From positions 1,776,532 through 1,840,531 of the forward strand of contig OZ199840.1 of the NCBI GenBank assembly GCA_964304625.1: a stretch of 64,000 nt of DNA, written 5' to 3'. The position numbers and the translations under genes were made by a program. Source of the DNA: Kudoa neothunni. Lineage: Eukaryota > Animalia > Cnidaria. Below are positions 13,298 through 25,452 of the stretch, piece after piece (within the stretch, counting starts at the first letter, position 1; each line of letters begins with the position of its first letter). Below the pieces are notes generated by a model. It saw nothing but the letters and a program-made list of their open reading frames with translations. It made no database searches and had not been told where the DNA came from.

Positions 13298-14924
13298 TTA
13301 CCAGCATACAGGAAGTAGCAAAAACCAAACACATTTTGACTGATTTATTTCAGAAGTTTCAACTGCTTTTCTATGTACATCCGGATCTGAAGTAGAAGCA
13401 CCACTAGATACTATCTCAGTTCTGACAGTTTCTGTGTCTAAAACCACTGGAACGTCTTTCGAAGAGTCAGGTCTTTGTGTTTGATCACCTGTAATACGTG
13501 AACTCAGTTCGCCGCTCTGAGTTAGTTGTCCACCACCACCTCCTTGATTTGAGACAACAGAAGCAGGTGTCAATGGTGTTTTACAAATCGCATTGCAGTC
13601 GTCTATTTTTTTAAAATTATTCAGGTTCATTTCCTTTCCATTAAATGTAAACTGTTTGCACGAACCAGTGTTATCTACGGACTTTTCATAATAAAATCGA
13701 GGTAACTGATACATATCGCCTGTTTTAGCATCTCCAACCATTGGTTGATTGCACACGTCAACAGCTTTAAGTTCCCCAATATGGGCAGCTATTTTATTTA
13801 AACGTATAAAAAATTAAATATTCCACTTTTAGTTGATGAATTACTTGCAGGACAAAAACTTGCACACAACTCCGCTGAACTAAATATATTATTCTCGCCA
13901 TCGTCGAGTTTGAATGTTTGAGCAGGAGTTACAGATAAAAATGGTAAGCAAGCTTTTCTCTTTTTGTTAAAATAATAATATTCTTTTACGCTGGCTTCAG
14001 CATTAACTATACTTTGGGATGGAATTTGGAAAGGAACAGTATGGTTGCATGCAGCAACATAGTCAGCTATATTTGATTATGACATCAATCGTAATAAAAT
14101 GAATACTTATGCATGTATCAACGCAGGTTGGTAGATCATCAAAATAACCTCTTCGAGCCGTTCCACCAACAGCTGCATATACGCATTTCTTTTTGTCCTT
14201 ATGAAGAACAATACCCATTTTTGGAGTATCACTATCTACTTCTGCCGCAAAAAGACAGTCAAACTCATTGGGTGTTTTAGTCAGTGTGGCTGCATCAGGA
14301 CTTCCATCAACTACACCATTCTTATCATCTAAAAAATTTAATTTTAAATTTGTGTACTTCAATAATTTTAATAGAATTACTTCGACAGGCGTTTTCACAT
14401 TCAGTTTTTGAATCAAAATTATTAGCATTTCCACCACATCCAGTGTATTTAAATTGATAGCAAGAATTTTTATGACCACTACCAACTGCAGATGTTGAGT
14501 AATACCATCTTACCAATTTTTCCTCATCTGCTACTTTACAGGAACCTGGCTCTTTAGGTAATTCACAGGCCCTTGATTTTTCTTCGGGTGTAAATCTAAC
14601 TAATGGTTGTTTTATAATCTGTAAATAAAATACGATTTACGATGGTTTTCACAAACAGCTTTTGATACAAAATTGTTAAAATTTCCCAATGAGCCCAGAT
14701 ATTTAAATGGTTTGCATTTTGCCGTTTGAATGTCAACGTACCATCTATCGACTATAGCTGCAGCTTGTTGGTCAGTAGTCATCCAGGAAGGAGGTGCACC
14801 CTCGTCCTTGACATAAGAATCCAACGCTCGTTCTATGCGAATATAATCATATTTATAAGAATTTGTTGTTGTTACCAAGTGAGACAGTCACTAAAAATAA
14901 AGAAAAGATGACAACACTATGCAT
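13298..14924 (-). CDS. Secreted multi-Kunitz (BPTI-type) protein, copy 1: signal peptide, 5 Kunitz/Kunitz-like domains, S/T/G-rich tail; 6 exons
   Basis: Exon 1 (14924-14876) encodes MHSVVIFSLFLVTVSL, followed by short phase-1 introns. Domain 2 reads CELPKEPGSCKV..RWYY..CYQFKYTGCGGNANNFDSKTECENAC, a canonical Kunitz. Four further domains keep the (F/W)Y..C..F..N.F....C pattern. Confidence 0.92.
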
Positions 14925-15225
14925 ATATTGGTAAAAAAATAATACACATTCGTTTCATTACGAAACAATAGCACTAATTGATTAAAGAATAATTTTTAAA
15001 TCAATTGATATATCAATAGAGTAAATTTAATCTGTTAATAATATTATAGCATTTATTTGATAACTTTCTTTCATAATATTAACAAAACTTGATAATTTGT
15101 AATCACCACAAAACAGTTTTTTGTCTGAGACGAAGTAATACAAAAAAGTAACAATAATCGCATAATTATTAAACGAAAAATAAATTTGTGAATGAATTTA
15201 AAATTTCAAGCTTAACCTTCTAAAA

Positions 15226-15943
15226 CGGTGTTTCCCAACGTGAGGCGTGAAAAATTTTTGGTGGGCATGGAAATCATTGAACGTTTAATGAACGGCTCTT
15301 GTAGGACGTGGGAAATCCGGGGCGTTGCAGTGACTTGGATAATTGTGAGATAATTAGGCAGTATGGCGTGAATTGAAATCAATACTTCGATTTTTGATCT
15401 TATTTATTTTTAAGCGAACGTTAATATCATAAAAGAAGCACTGATCAATTTATATAAAAAATATAAAAACGTTTAACATGGTTTTTGCTCAATATAATCG
15501 GAATGATTATAACTCAAATGTTGTCAAATTTATAACTGTGATCCCCTCTTTTTTGACTTATCTAAAGATTATATTGATTAATTGTCAACATTAATTATTT
15601 AATTTCGATTTATAAGCTCCGAATGCAGAAAAGTTTTGCCTGGCACCGGTTGGATTACCACAAATTTCACTTAACGCGGTTTTTGACTGAATGAAGAAGT
15701 AAAAATGTTAATTTTTAAAGTTCATCTATGAATTAAATTAGATCTGATCAAATATATTTTAATTCTAATTCTAATGAAAAAGAAATATATATTAGTCATT
15801 TTCTAATTTTAAAGTGGCATGAAGCTTGATTCAAAATTTTAAGCAGTTTACGTTAAAAAATCAATACATTTGAAAAAGGTGGGGTGAGGAACTTATTTTA
15901 AAGAAAAAGTGGGACGCGGTAGAAAAAACTTTGGGAAACACTG
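15226..15943 (+). mobile_element. hAT MITE, family A copy 2
   Basis: TIRs CGGTGTTTCCCAA / TTGGGAAACACTG; TSD TTCTAAAA / CTCTAACA; colinear with 8106-8834. Confidence 0.88.
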
Positions 15944-16259
15944 CTCTAACACTGTTGGGTGTAATACACTCCAAGCCGATGTTATTATTGGCAAATCTTA
16001 CTTATTCATTTTTTCCGTCGCTTTAAATTCTAGTTATTCCATAAGTTTATGTTACTCTTTAAATTTTATAAAAAAATTCTAATAAATAAAAATTAAAAAA
16101 TTTTGATAAAAATTATCCTCCAACACTTTTGGTGTTTAAAACACCAAAAGATTTTTTTGGCTAAAATAATAGAAATAAATATATTTATTTAGGATGTACA
16201 ACATTAATGATTTAAAACCTATAGTTATTCCTAACTCTTGAGATTCGTATGGTAATTAA

Positions 16260-17239
16260 CCCTCGTGGGACCAGCTGGGGTCATTTGTGGCTCCAATTTC
16301 GGTAGATTAACTTTTTTCGCACATTGAATTAAATGGGAGGGCTCAAAAATTCTGGTTTCCTTAATTATAGTCTGTAATTGATAATTATAAAGTTATGAAG
16401 AAAAAAATATATTTAATGATTTAAATATTTTACTTTTAATAAGTGATGTGCTCGCTACTTCATTCGAAAGTAGTTGTTACGAAATGATATCAAAATAATA
16501 AGTATTATAAAGAAAACTAATGATATTAATTTGCATTAAAAAGCGTTAGAGGATTATTATAAGCGTAATAAACACATTTTTTAGTTTCGCGCCGATGAAC
16601 CCCGTTCTAATTTGGTGATTATACAGTGATTATACTCTAGAAGAGATTTCAACACAAAATGTAATGGAAGGACGGCATGCATCAAATTTTTACTTTAAAT
16701 CAATAAGAAGAATAAACAAAATCAGTTATTAGCCTTAAAATATATTTATTTTTTACTAAAAATATGATTTATAATCTCCACATTTGAATAATTATAAGTT
16801 AGTTGGGATGGGGGTTTCTGTTTAATAATAATGATCTAATTATAAACTACAGTTGCATATACGTATTATCGAGCCGCGCCGCGGATTGTAATAATCAATG
16901 ATTGGGATATCACGCTCAAAGTTCACATTAAAACTCGACTAGATGTTCTATAATTATCGTTATCTTCTTGAAATGTTATAACGTAATGGTATCTATCTAT
17001 TTAAGACATTATATTCTTGAATATACAAATAACATGGTTTATGGAGCGATGTAATCATATAATGGTAAATTAGCGGTGGTAGAAATTCCATCACCTAATT
17101 TTTATTAAATACACACAATGATTATAACCACTAGACGGATTAAAAGAATATAACTGCTTAACAAATGAAAAAGTCCTGGGGTAAAAAATGACCTCTGTTG
17201 GTTCCTTGCATGAGTTTTTTCAAGTCGGTTCTTCGAGGT
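16260..17239. mobile_element. piggyBac-type MITE nested in the 5' region of the larger piggyBac
   Basis: TTAA-CCCTCGTGGGACC at left and GGTTCTTCGAGGT-TTAA at right. Subterminal CTGGGGTCATTT / AAATGACCTCTG inverted motif. Confidence 0.7.
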
Positions 17240-17318
17240 TTAAATAAATTTGCTTGCGCTATGCTATAGTTATCTTATATAATAAAAGATCATGTCTTAA
17301 ATATTTGATAATATTGTA

Positions 17319-18890
17319 ATGAGCGGTCTTAGTGTTTATAGTGACGATTTATGTTCATTTAGCAGCGAATTGGGGGGGGGGGTCAAATTATAGAAGAGGT
17401 TGGAATTACTGATGATGAACCTGGAATTCCGGAAGCACATAGAAACATGTTAACTAGCGACTGAGGAATTACATGGAATTTATCCAAGTCATCTACGACT
17501 AAAACATGCCAAAAAACATTATGAATTCTTTACCTGGAGCTACAGGTTATGCGACGTCCAAGATACTATATTTGCTGAATTGTTTCCCTCTGTTTTTCTA
17601 CGATGATACATGCCATCAAATTATTTCATTTACAAATTTTCCAGCATGTTTGGAGTACATCATTTTAAAGAAGACTGGATTACCTCAGACGTTGCGGAAT
17701 TTAAAGGTTACGTTGGTCTTCTCGTATTGATGGCTACTTATAGAGACCGACAAAAGCTTTTATGTGATCTCTTCAGTGTAAAAGAAGGAAAGGAGATATA
17801 CAGAAAGCTTTTTTCACTCCGTCAATTCACTCGAGCACTTCATTTCGATGATTTTAATACACAATTGGAACGGGAAAAAATTGACAAATTTTTCCCCATC
17901 CGTGATGTATGGGTATGAAATCAATAATCAATGGACTGATTTATTACCCAGATGTTTTCCCCAAAACAAGATGTAACCGTAGACGAACAACTAGTTTTGT
18001 TCAAGGGAAGATGCCCTTTTCGACAATACATGCCGATGAAACCGGAAAAGTATGGCCTAAGTTTTTTTATTAGTTGATCCAATGGCAAACTATATCTATA
18101 ACATCAGTATATATCTTTGAAGAAATAATTACGAAATCATTTCGACAATGCGGATTGGGTGAAAGTGTTGTTCTTTCACTATCAACACCACTATTCCGTT
18201 CAGGTAGGAATGTTGTAGCAGACAATTTTTTTTTGCACTCTCCCTTGCGAAATATTTATTTCAGAAAAAGTTTACCTCCCTGTCTTCTACCCCCAAGGAA
18301 AAGAACCCTCTACAGTAGTACTTTCGTATATTACGAAAAATTCATGCTGACGTCTTATGTTTGTAATAAGTCCAAAGCGGTAATTCTGTTGACGAGTGGT
18401 ACTACTAATGACTCTGTTAGCGATGAGTCAACTAAGTGTAAGCATCAAAGGATTTTAAATTATAACGAAACAAAAAGGGGACTCGATAACATCGATAGGA
18501 TATTAGAGTCGGTTTCTGTACGCAGATTCGCAAGAAGATGACCTCTAATAGCGTCTTTAACATGGTGGATCTATCTCTAGTCAACATATTTGCAGTATTT
18601 ATGGATATTTTTAATGGTAGCACCACAACCTGGCGTAATTTTTTGAAACAGATGACCGAAGAACTTTACAATCCGTTATTGACAAAAAATTCGTCCGAAA
18701 ATAAAGTCATCAAGAAAACATTTAAGTAAATCATTGTTTCGAAAAAGAATTCACTTATGAGCTCCAAACAATCTAGATGTGAGTACTGTGAGCGAAGTAA
18801 AGATAAAAAACAAATAAATGGTGCCAGAGATGCTAGAGGTATTATTATTTAGATCACTCCTCAAATCCTTGTTTTAGTTGCAATAAATAA
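17319..18890 (+). pseudogene. piggyBac transposase pseudogene
   Basis: RALHFDD, DKFFPIRDVW, VTVDEQLVLFKGRCPFRQYMPMKPEKYGL, GRNVVADNFF, YNETKRGLDNIDR; many frameshifts. Clearly related to, but diverged from, the 10364-11980 copy. Confidence 0.93.
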
Positions 18891-19400
18891 ACATATTTTT
18901 GTATATTTTCATTAATACGTGTTTTGGGTTAACTATTTTGGCAAAAAAATCTATTTATAAACATTAAGTTAACTGAAAATATCCAAGGATATTTTACGAA
19001 CACTTGCAGATGTTATTACGAAAAGATTGAATGCTTAAAACTAACGCATATTTTCCTCTGTTCTCTGTCGACGATTTTTGTATTATTCTAAAATAATAAA
19101 CGATCGATTTATCTAAGTATTTCAAGCAACAAAAAATTGGAATGTATTACGCTCCAAAAGTGTTCGAGGTAAGTGATTTTTTGGATCGTTAGAGGGTTAA
19201 AATCGAAAGTAAATTCACGTGTTATGTATAAAAGATTAATTTGGTCTATAATTGTTTAGCTATTGACTTAAAACTTTAACATTTATTTGGTTAAATTATT
19301 TTAGAGGTTACATTTTACAAAAAAATAATATAAGAATTCGGATACTTCTCAAGTTCATTCGAGAGCTGGTGTACTTTTTTGGTCAACTATCGGAATAGAG

Positions 19401-20023
19401 CAATGGTTCTCAAATATTTTTTTGAAATGGAATCCATTTACATTATTTGTATATATAATGGAAACCTTATTTACTGTAACCAATTTAGGTTAGTTCAACA
19501 AATTTTGATGGGTTAATTCTTATTATAATAAAAAAATATATTATTTGTAACAAACCTATCGAAATTGTAATAGCTAGTAGATATTATAATAAAGAAAAAA
19601 ATTTAAACCACACAGTGTATCGGAACATATTCCTTGTTTTTTAACTAATCCCTGTAGATCATTCATTTGTAAGTTCACTATTTTTTGTCTTCATTTAATG
19701 ACGTTTTTGTACTTATTGTTTTTAATCGTCGATCCATTCTAAGGCTTTCGAAATAATCAAAATAATTTGTTGAATAGAAGAAATACTTGTGTTAATAGCG
19801 AAGCAGTTAAATCTTCCTGTAGCTGCTCAGCTAACGGACAATGACCTGCTATCACCAGTGCTGCCAACTGTGGCTACCAGTGAAACTCACTTACATCGTA
19901 AGATACGATCTGAATCGATTTCTTATTTTATGATTAAATTTTATTTTTCACTATAATTTTGTGGAACACCTGCCTTTGCTCCATGGAACCCAAAGGTTTG
20001 GTGGACCCTTTTGAGAGCCGTCG
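19401..20023. mobile_element. hAT (Charlie-like) MITE, family B
   Basis: TIRs CAATGGTTCTCAAA / TTTGAGAGCCGTCG; TSD GAATAGAG / GAATAAAG; subterminal GTGGAACCC-type repeats. Confidence 0.8.
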
Positions 20024-20347
20024 GAATAAAGAGTTAAATCATTAATAAATTTTTATTTCATTTTTATATAATACTAATTACATCAATCAGTGGTAAGTCT
20101 TGTGTCATTAGAAGGATAAGTGCACATTGGACAAGAAATATTTTAAGAATTTTTGTATTATAAAATTTTGAATTATTTATCATTTAATTAATCAAAAGGG
20201 ATAAGAGGATCAATTATAAAAACCAAGATTAAATAAATTAACAAAAAAAATAGATGGTTTTCATGAGCAAATTCATCATTTATGTGCTATTTCCGTTTTC
20301 GTACCTACATAATAAATTAATTTTGATTTTTGATTAATATTGTTTTA

Positions 20348-21971
20348 CTAGCATAGAGGAAATAGAAATACCCTACCACATTTTACCTGCTCTTTATTAG
20401 GAGTTACAGCTGCCTGGTTTTTTACATCCGGAACTGAAACAGGAGCACCACTAGTTCCTGCATCATTTCCGACGTCACCTGTTCCTCCAACCGACGGAAC
20501 AACTGCTGAAAGGTCAGTTCTTTGTGTTTGATCACCTGAAATACTTGAACTGTGTTCGCCGCTCTGAGTTAGTTGTCCACCACCACCTCCTTGATTTGAG
20601 ACAACAGAAGCAGGTGTCAATGGTGTTTTACAAATCGCATTGCAGTCGTCTATTTTTTTAAAATTATTCAGGTTCATTTCCTTTCCATTAAATGTAAACT
20701 GTTTGCACGAACCAGTGTTATCTACGGACTTTTCATAATAAAATCGAGGTAACTGATACATATCGCCTGTTTTAGCATCTCCAACCATTGGTTGATTGCA
20801 CACGTCAACAGCTTTAAGTTCCCCAATATGGGCAGCTATTTTATTTAAACGTATAAAAAATTAAATATTCCACTTTTAGTTGATGAATTACTTGCAGGAC
20901 AAAAACTTGCACACAACTCCGCTGAACTAAATATATTATTCTCGCCATCGTCGAGTTTGAATGTTTGAGCAGGAGTTACAGATAAAAATGGTAAGCAAGC
21001 TTTTCTCTTTTTGTTAAAATAATAATATTCTTTTACGCTGGCTTCAGCATTAACTATACTTTGGGATGGAATTTGGAAAGGAACAGTATGGTTGCATGCA
21101 GCAACATAGTCAGCTATATTTGATTATGACATCAATCGTAATAAAATGAATACTTATGCATGTATCAACGCAGGTTGGTAGATCATCAAAATAACCTCTT
21201 CGAGCCGTTCCACCAACAGCTGCATATACGCATTTCTTTTTGTCCTTATGAAGAACAATACCCATTTTTGGAGTATCACTATCTACTTCTGCCGCAAAAA
21301 GACAGTCAAACTCATTGGGTGTTTTAGTCAGTGTGGCTGCATCAGGACTTCCATCAACTACACCATTCTTATCATCTAAAAAATTTAATTTTAAATTTGT
21401 GTACTTCAATAATTTTAATAGAATTACTTCGACAGGCGTTTTCACATTCAGTTTTTGAATCAAAATTATTAGCATTTCCACCACATCCAGTGTATTTAAA
21501 TTGATAGCAAGAATTTTTATGACCACTACCAACTGCAGATGTTGAGTAATACCATCTTACCAATTTTTCCTCATCTGCTACTTTACAGGAACCTGGCTCT
21601 TTAGGTAATTCACAGGCCCTTGATTTTTCTTCGGGTGTAAATCTAACTAATGGTTGTTTTATAATCTGTAAATAAAATACGATTTACGATGGTTTTCACA
21701 AACAGCTTTTGATACAAAATTGTTAAAATTTCCCAATGAGCCCAGATATTTAAATGGTTTGCATTTTGCCGTTTGAATGTCAACGTACCATCTATCGACT
21801 ATAGCTGCAGCTTGTTGGTCAGTAGTCATCCAGGAAGGAGGTGCACCCTCGTCCTTGACATAAGAATCCAACGCTCGTTCTATGCGAATATAATCATATT
21901 TATAAGAATTTGTTGTTGTTACCAAGTGAGACAGTCACTAAAAATAAAGAAAAGATGACAACACTATGCAT
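20348..21971 (-). CDS. Secreted multi-Kunitz protein, copy 2
   Basis: Same exon structure as copy 1 at +7047 offset, with identical ORF translations except the last ~70 aa. Confidence 0.92.
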
Positions 21972-22135
21972 ATATTGGTAAAAAAATAATACACATTCGT
22001 TTCATTACGAAACAATAGCACTAATTGATTAAAGAATAATTTTTAAATCAATTGATATATCAATAGAGTAAATTTAATCTGTTAATAATATTATAGCATT
22101 TATTTGATAACTTTCTTTCATAATATTAACAAAAC
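20554..22135. repeat. Direct repeat of 13507-15088 (~1.58 kb, no differences seen by eye)
   Basis: Constant 7047-bp offset across exons, introns and 5' flank. Identity stops abruptly after ..AACAAAAC on the upstream side and within the last exon. Confidence 0.93.
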
Positions 22136-24292
22136 ATGGTATGTTAAAGAATATTAATTAATAAATTGATATTAATAAAACTTTTTTACTATAATCTATT
22201 TAATATTGTTATTAAATTAACTTATACAGCAATAGTTCATTTTCATTATTCTAAATGCTTTATTAGAAACTATCTTCAATGAAATATCTTCTCTAGTGAA
22301 AAATTCTACAAAATCTGAGAAATCTCAAAACAATAAAAAAATATTCATAAAGTCCAATTCTTAAAGCACTCATTCAACGCTATTATATGTATAACTATTA
22401 TTATATTTTATTCGCTATATAATATTATTTGATTCTTTTTAAATTCGAATATTATCTAACTAATTACAAATGAGAGAATTAAAAAATATGAACTTTCATC
22501 TATTTAATTATTTTACCTATATAGGTTAATATAAATATGTGTCTCGTTGAGAATAGATTCAAGTATTTGAATGGAATGCTCATTAGATATATAGAATGAG
22601 TAAGGCCATATTTTTCAATACCTTGTGTAATGAAATATTTTCAGAAAATTATAATGGATTATTAATCCTCTTGTATAATGCTCGATATGACAATTAATGT
22701 CCTTTATGGAGTCACCGAACCGACCCATAAATAGTCATCGTAATCAATGTTCATTTACCCATATATTCAAGAAATAAAATAAATGAATTTTATAATTTCT
22801 ATGATGTATATACTAATAACTAAATTAAATCCTTGTTATGTAAAAAAGAGCATTTTCGCTTATAATTGAGTCTCTTCCAATTTAAAACGTTGTTATATTA
22901 TAAAATGAATTACTTAAGTGGTTATAATTCAAGAACATAATAATTTACGAATACAGATAATCTCCATGTTTACCCAAGAGCTGTTATACGTTTTTGTCAA
23001 AAATCGTATCAACTATTGAAATACTGTAAATTATGATAATACTATCTGGCAGTCAGTATTTTCGATTGCATAGAGTTAATCCAAATTGTACTAAAGTTTA
23101 TCTCTTACATTTTCCTCCAAATAATCAAGGTTGACTCATCTTCCGATTCGAAAATGTTGCAGTTTGCGTTGCACATACTAGAAAAAAATTTACTATACAA
23201 GGCATGAAAAATCCTAGATGAAAGAATTTTTATTGCCTGTTAATAAAAAAAGTACTTATATACAACGCAAATGTATAGAAACCTAAAAAATACAGAATTA
23301 ACCAAATTTTATGAGATTATCTGACTTAAATCTCTCAAATTTACTATTTCGCAATCAAACACGATTAAAATACGAATATTGTACTAGCAAAATTAAATAT
23401 ATGGTCTATAATATTTAAAAATATCTCTAAATATTTGTGTTACACATTTTATTACTGGAAAATATTTATTTATCTATAGAAGTCACGCTTTATTATTAAT
23501 CAATTACTTTAAAAGTATAAAAGAATTTAATGATTTGTATTTTGAAATTTAATAGTTTTTGATCCCCTCATTCACCTCCCTAAGTAAAGATGTGTTAAAA
23601 TGCATAACACATAAAGTTAAAAGATATTTATAATTTTTAGTTTCATATCAAACATTGTTTGAACTATTAATTAATCCAATAAACGATATTAATTAATCCA
23701 GCACGCAGCAAGGCAAAGCGGGGATTTCGAGTCAGTTAATCTATAACTACAATCGTACGTCCCTGATTATACAACATAGTGATACATCTTTTTGCAATCA
23801 AAGTTTGTTTAATCAATATATCTATAATATTTCCCTGAGAAAATATCAATAACTAAGATATTGTCATTCGATGTAATTACATTTATTTATGTCGATATTT
23901 AATAAAAATATTTTAATATAAGTTAATCCATAAAATATTTAATTTTTTTAAATAATATAAAATTTATTACATTATTTATGCATTAAGCCATTTTAATCCG
24001 CGAATATTTTTTGAAAAGTATTATTGGGATTAATTTCGACCTATGAAAATATCGTCGAAGTATAAAGTAAGAAAAATTACAATCAATTTTAATACGATTA
24101 TATTCGAGTTTTTAGATTAATTCCATACCACCTCATCATTTAATAAGTATCATCATAAAAAGAATTTAAAATTGATTTATTTTAGACTCGATTTAATCAA
24201 TAAAAGATAATATTCGATTTTAAAATTAATAATTTTAAAAATATTTATCAATTAATCGCGCATGTTAAATAACTTTGTAATATTTGGTAAAG

Positions 24293-25452
24293 ATGTTGCG
24301 AGTAGATATGAAAAAATTGTTTAATGATAATACCTTCAAAGTTTTTTATAATGGATTTTTCTTGTTGATTCTTAATTTTATTCTTTCTGGTAACACTGTG
24401 ATATCCGAATCTTATGCAAACTATGTGAAAGAAATGGACGATTTATGGATGCTGATATTCTTTAGAATGGTGGTAGCCATACCCATCAGTGCAATTATCG
24501 CATTGATATTCGAGGGAAAGTTTCAGTGTTGGTCCAATGAATGGAGGTAATATTTTGCAAAACACCCATTTTTTATAATTATGTATATTTAATCAATTGC
24601 GTGATTTATAAAATAATTTTAAAATTGAAAAAAGAGTTTAATAAGCTTTTATTCTATAGATTGATGCTTTTCTTTGCCTTTTTTGGAGTAACTTCCACAA
24701 CTTTATATCCCATCATGCATTTTACAGTGAGCGAATTCACATCCACCGCCTACGCATCACTTCTATCTCAATTAATTCCAATATTATCGTTGATTTTCTC
24801 GATGGCTTTAAAACTGGAACCTTCCTGGACAATGAAAGATAAATCCTCAATTTTACAGCTGCTGGGTACCGTCGCGGGCGCTATTTTAGCCGCTGGTGTT
24901 TGTGTGATATCGCTTATTCAAGCTCCTCCCACCCCGACTATTGAATATTGGATTGGAGGTACGATTATCGGAATAATGAATAATTTGATTTTTTCGCTGT
25001 ATTTGGTGTTACAATTGAAAATGTTCTATCGAAATCCAGAAAGTGATCTCAAAGACAAACCACTGACTGTCAATTTCTTATTCATACTCTATGGAACAGT
25101 CGTCTATTTTGTAGTATTCATAATATATTTTGGGGCTAAACAAGGTCAAGTCTCAAGCAGCATTGAGCTAGCGATTCCAGTTTTCTACTCTGGATTGTTG
25201 CATGTGGCTGTTGGGTTTGGGTTCCTATCCTACTGTATAAAGCGTTCATCAGTGATCATATCAAGTTGCTTATTTTCAATGCAAATTGCTACGAGTTTTC
25301 TTCTAAGGAGGTTTCTCTATGGCACATATCTCACCCATTTACATTACCTACTTTTTCCGTTACTGTTATTAGCGGGCGAGATGATGATTTTTTCGCCACT
25401 ATGTAGTGCCAAACCTCCTATTCATCCTAACCAAGAAATAGCCTTAGAATGA
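24293..25452 (+). CDS. EamA/DMT-superfamily transporter, paralogue 2; 2 exons (24293 or 24308-24546, 24660-25452)
   Basis: Intron 24547-24659 lies at the same position and phase as in paralogue 1 (TGGAG|GTAA). The proteins align end to end (e.g. LYLVLQLKMFYRNPES vs CYLVLQMKLFYRNPDS). Confidence 0.87.

Larger units (their letters stand above)
15216..19196 (+). mobile_element. Decayed piggyBac transposon containing two nested insertions
   Basis: TTAA at 15212-15215 and 19197-19200. TIR CCCTCTAAC is restored after removing the hAT. Subterminal inverted repeat CCTC(C/G)AACACTTTTGG at ~16118 vs ~19151-19169. Confidence 0.9.

Noticed and set aside
24541-24659. 303-aa ORF reading through the intron as an alternative start
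   Set aside because: The paralogue has the same intron with stops; the open frame is most simply chance.
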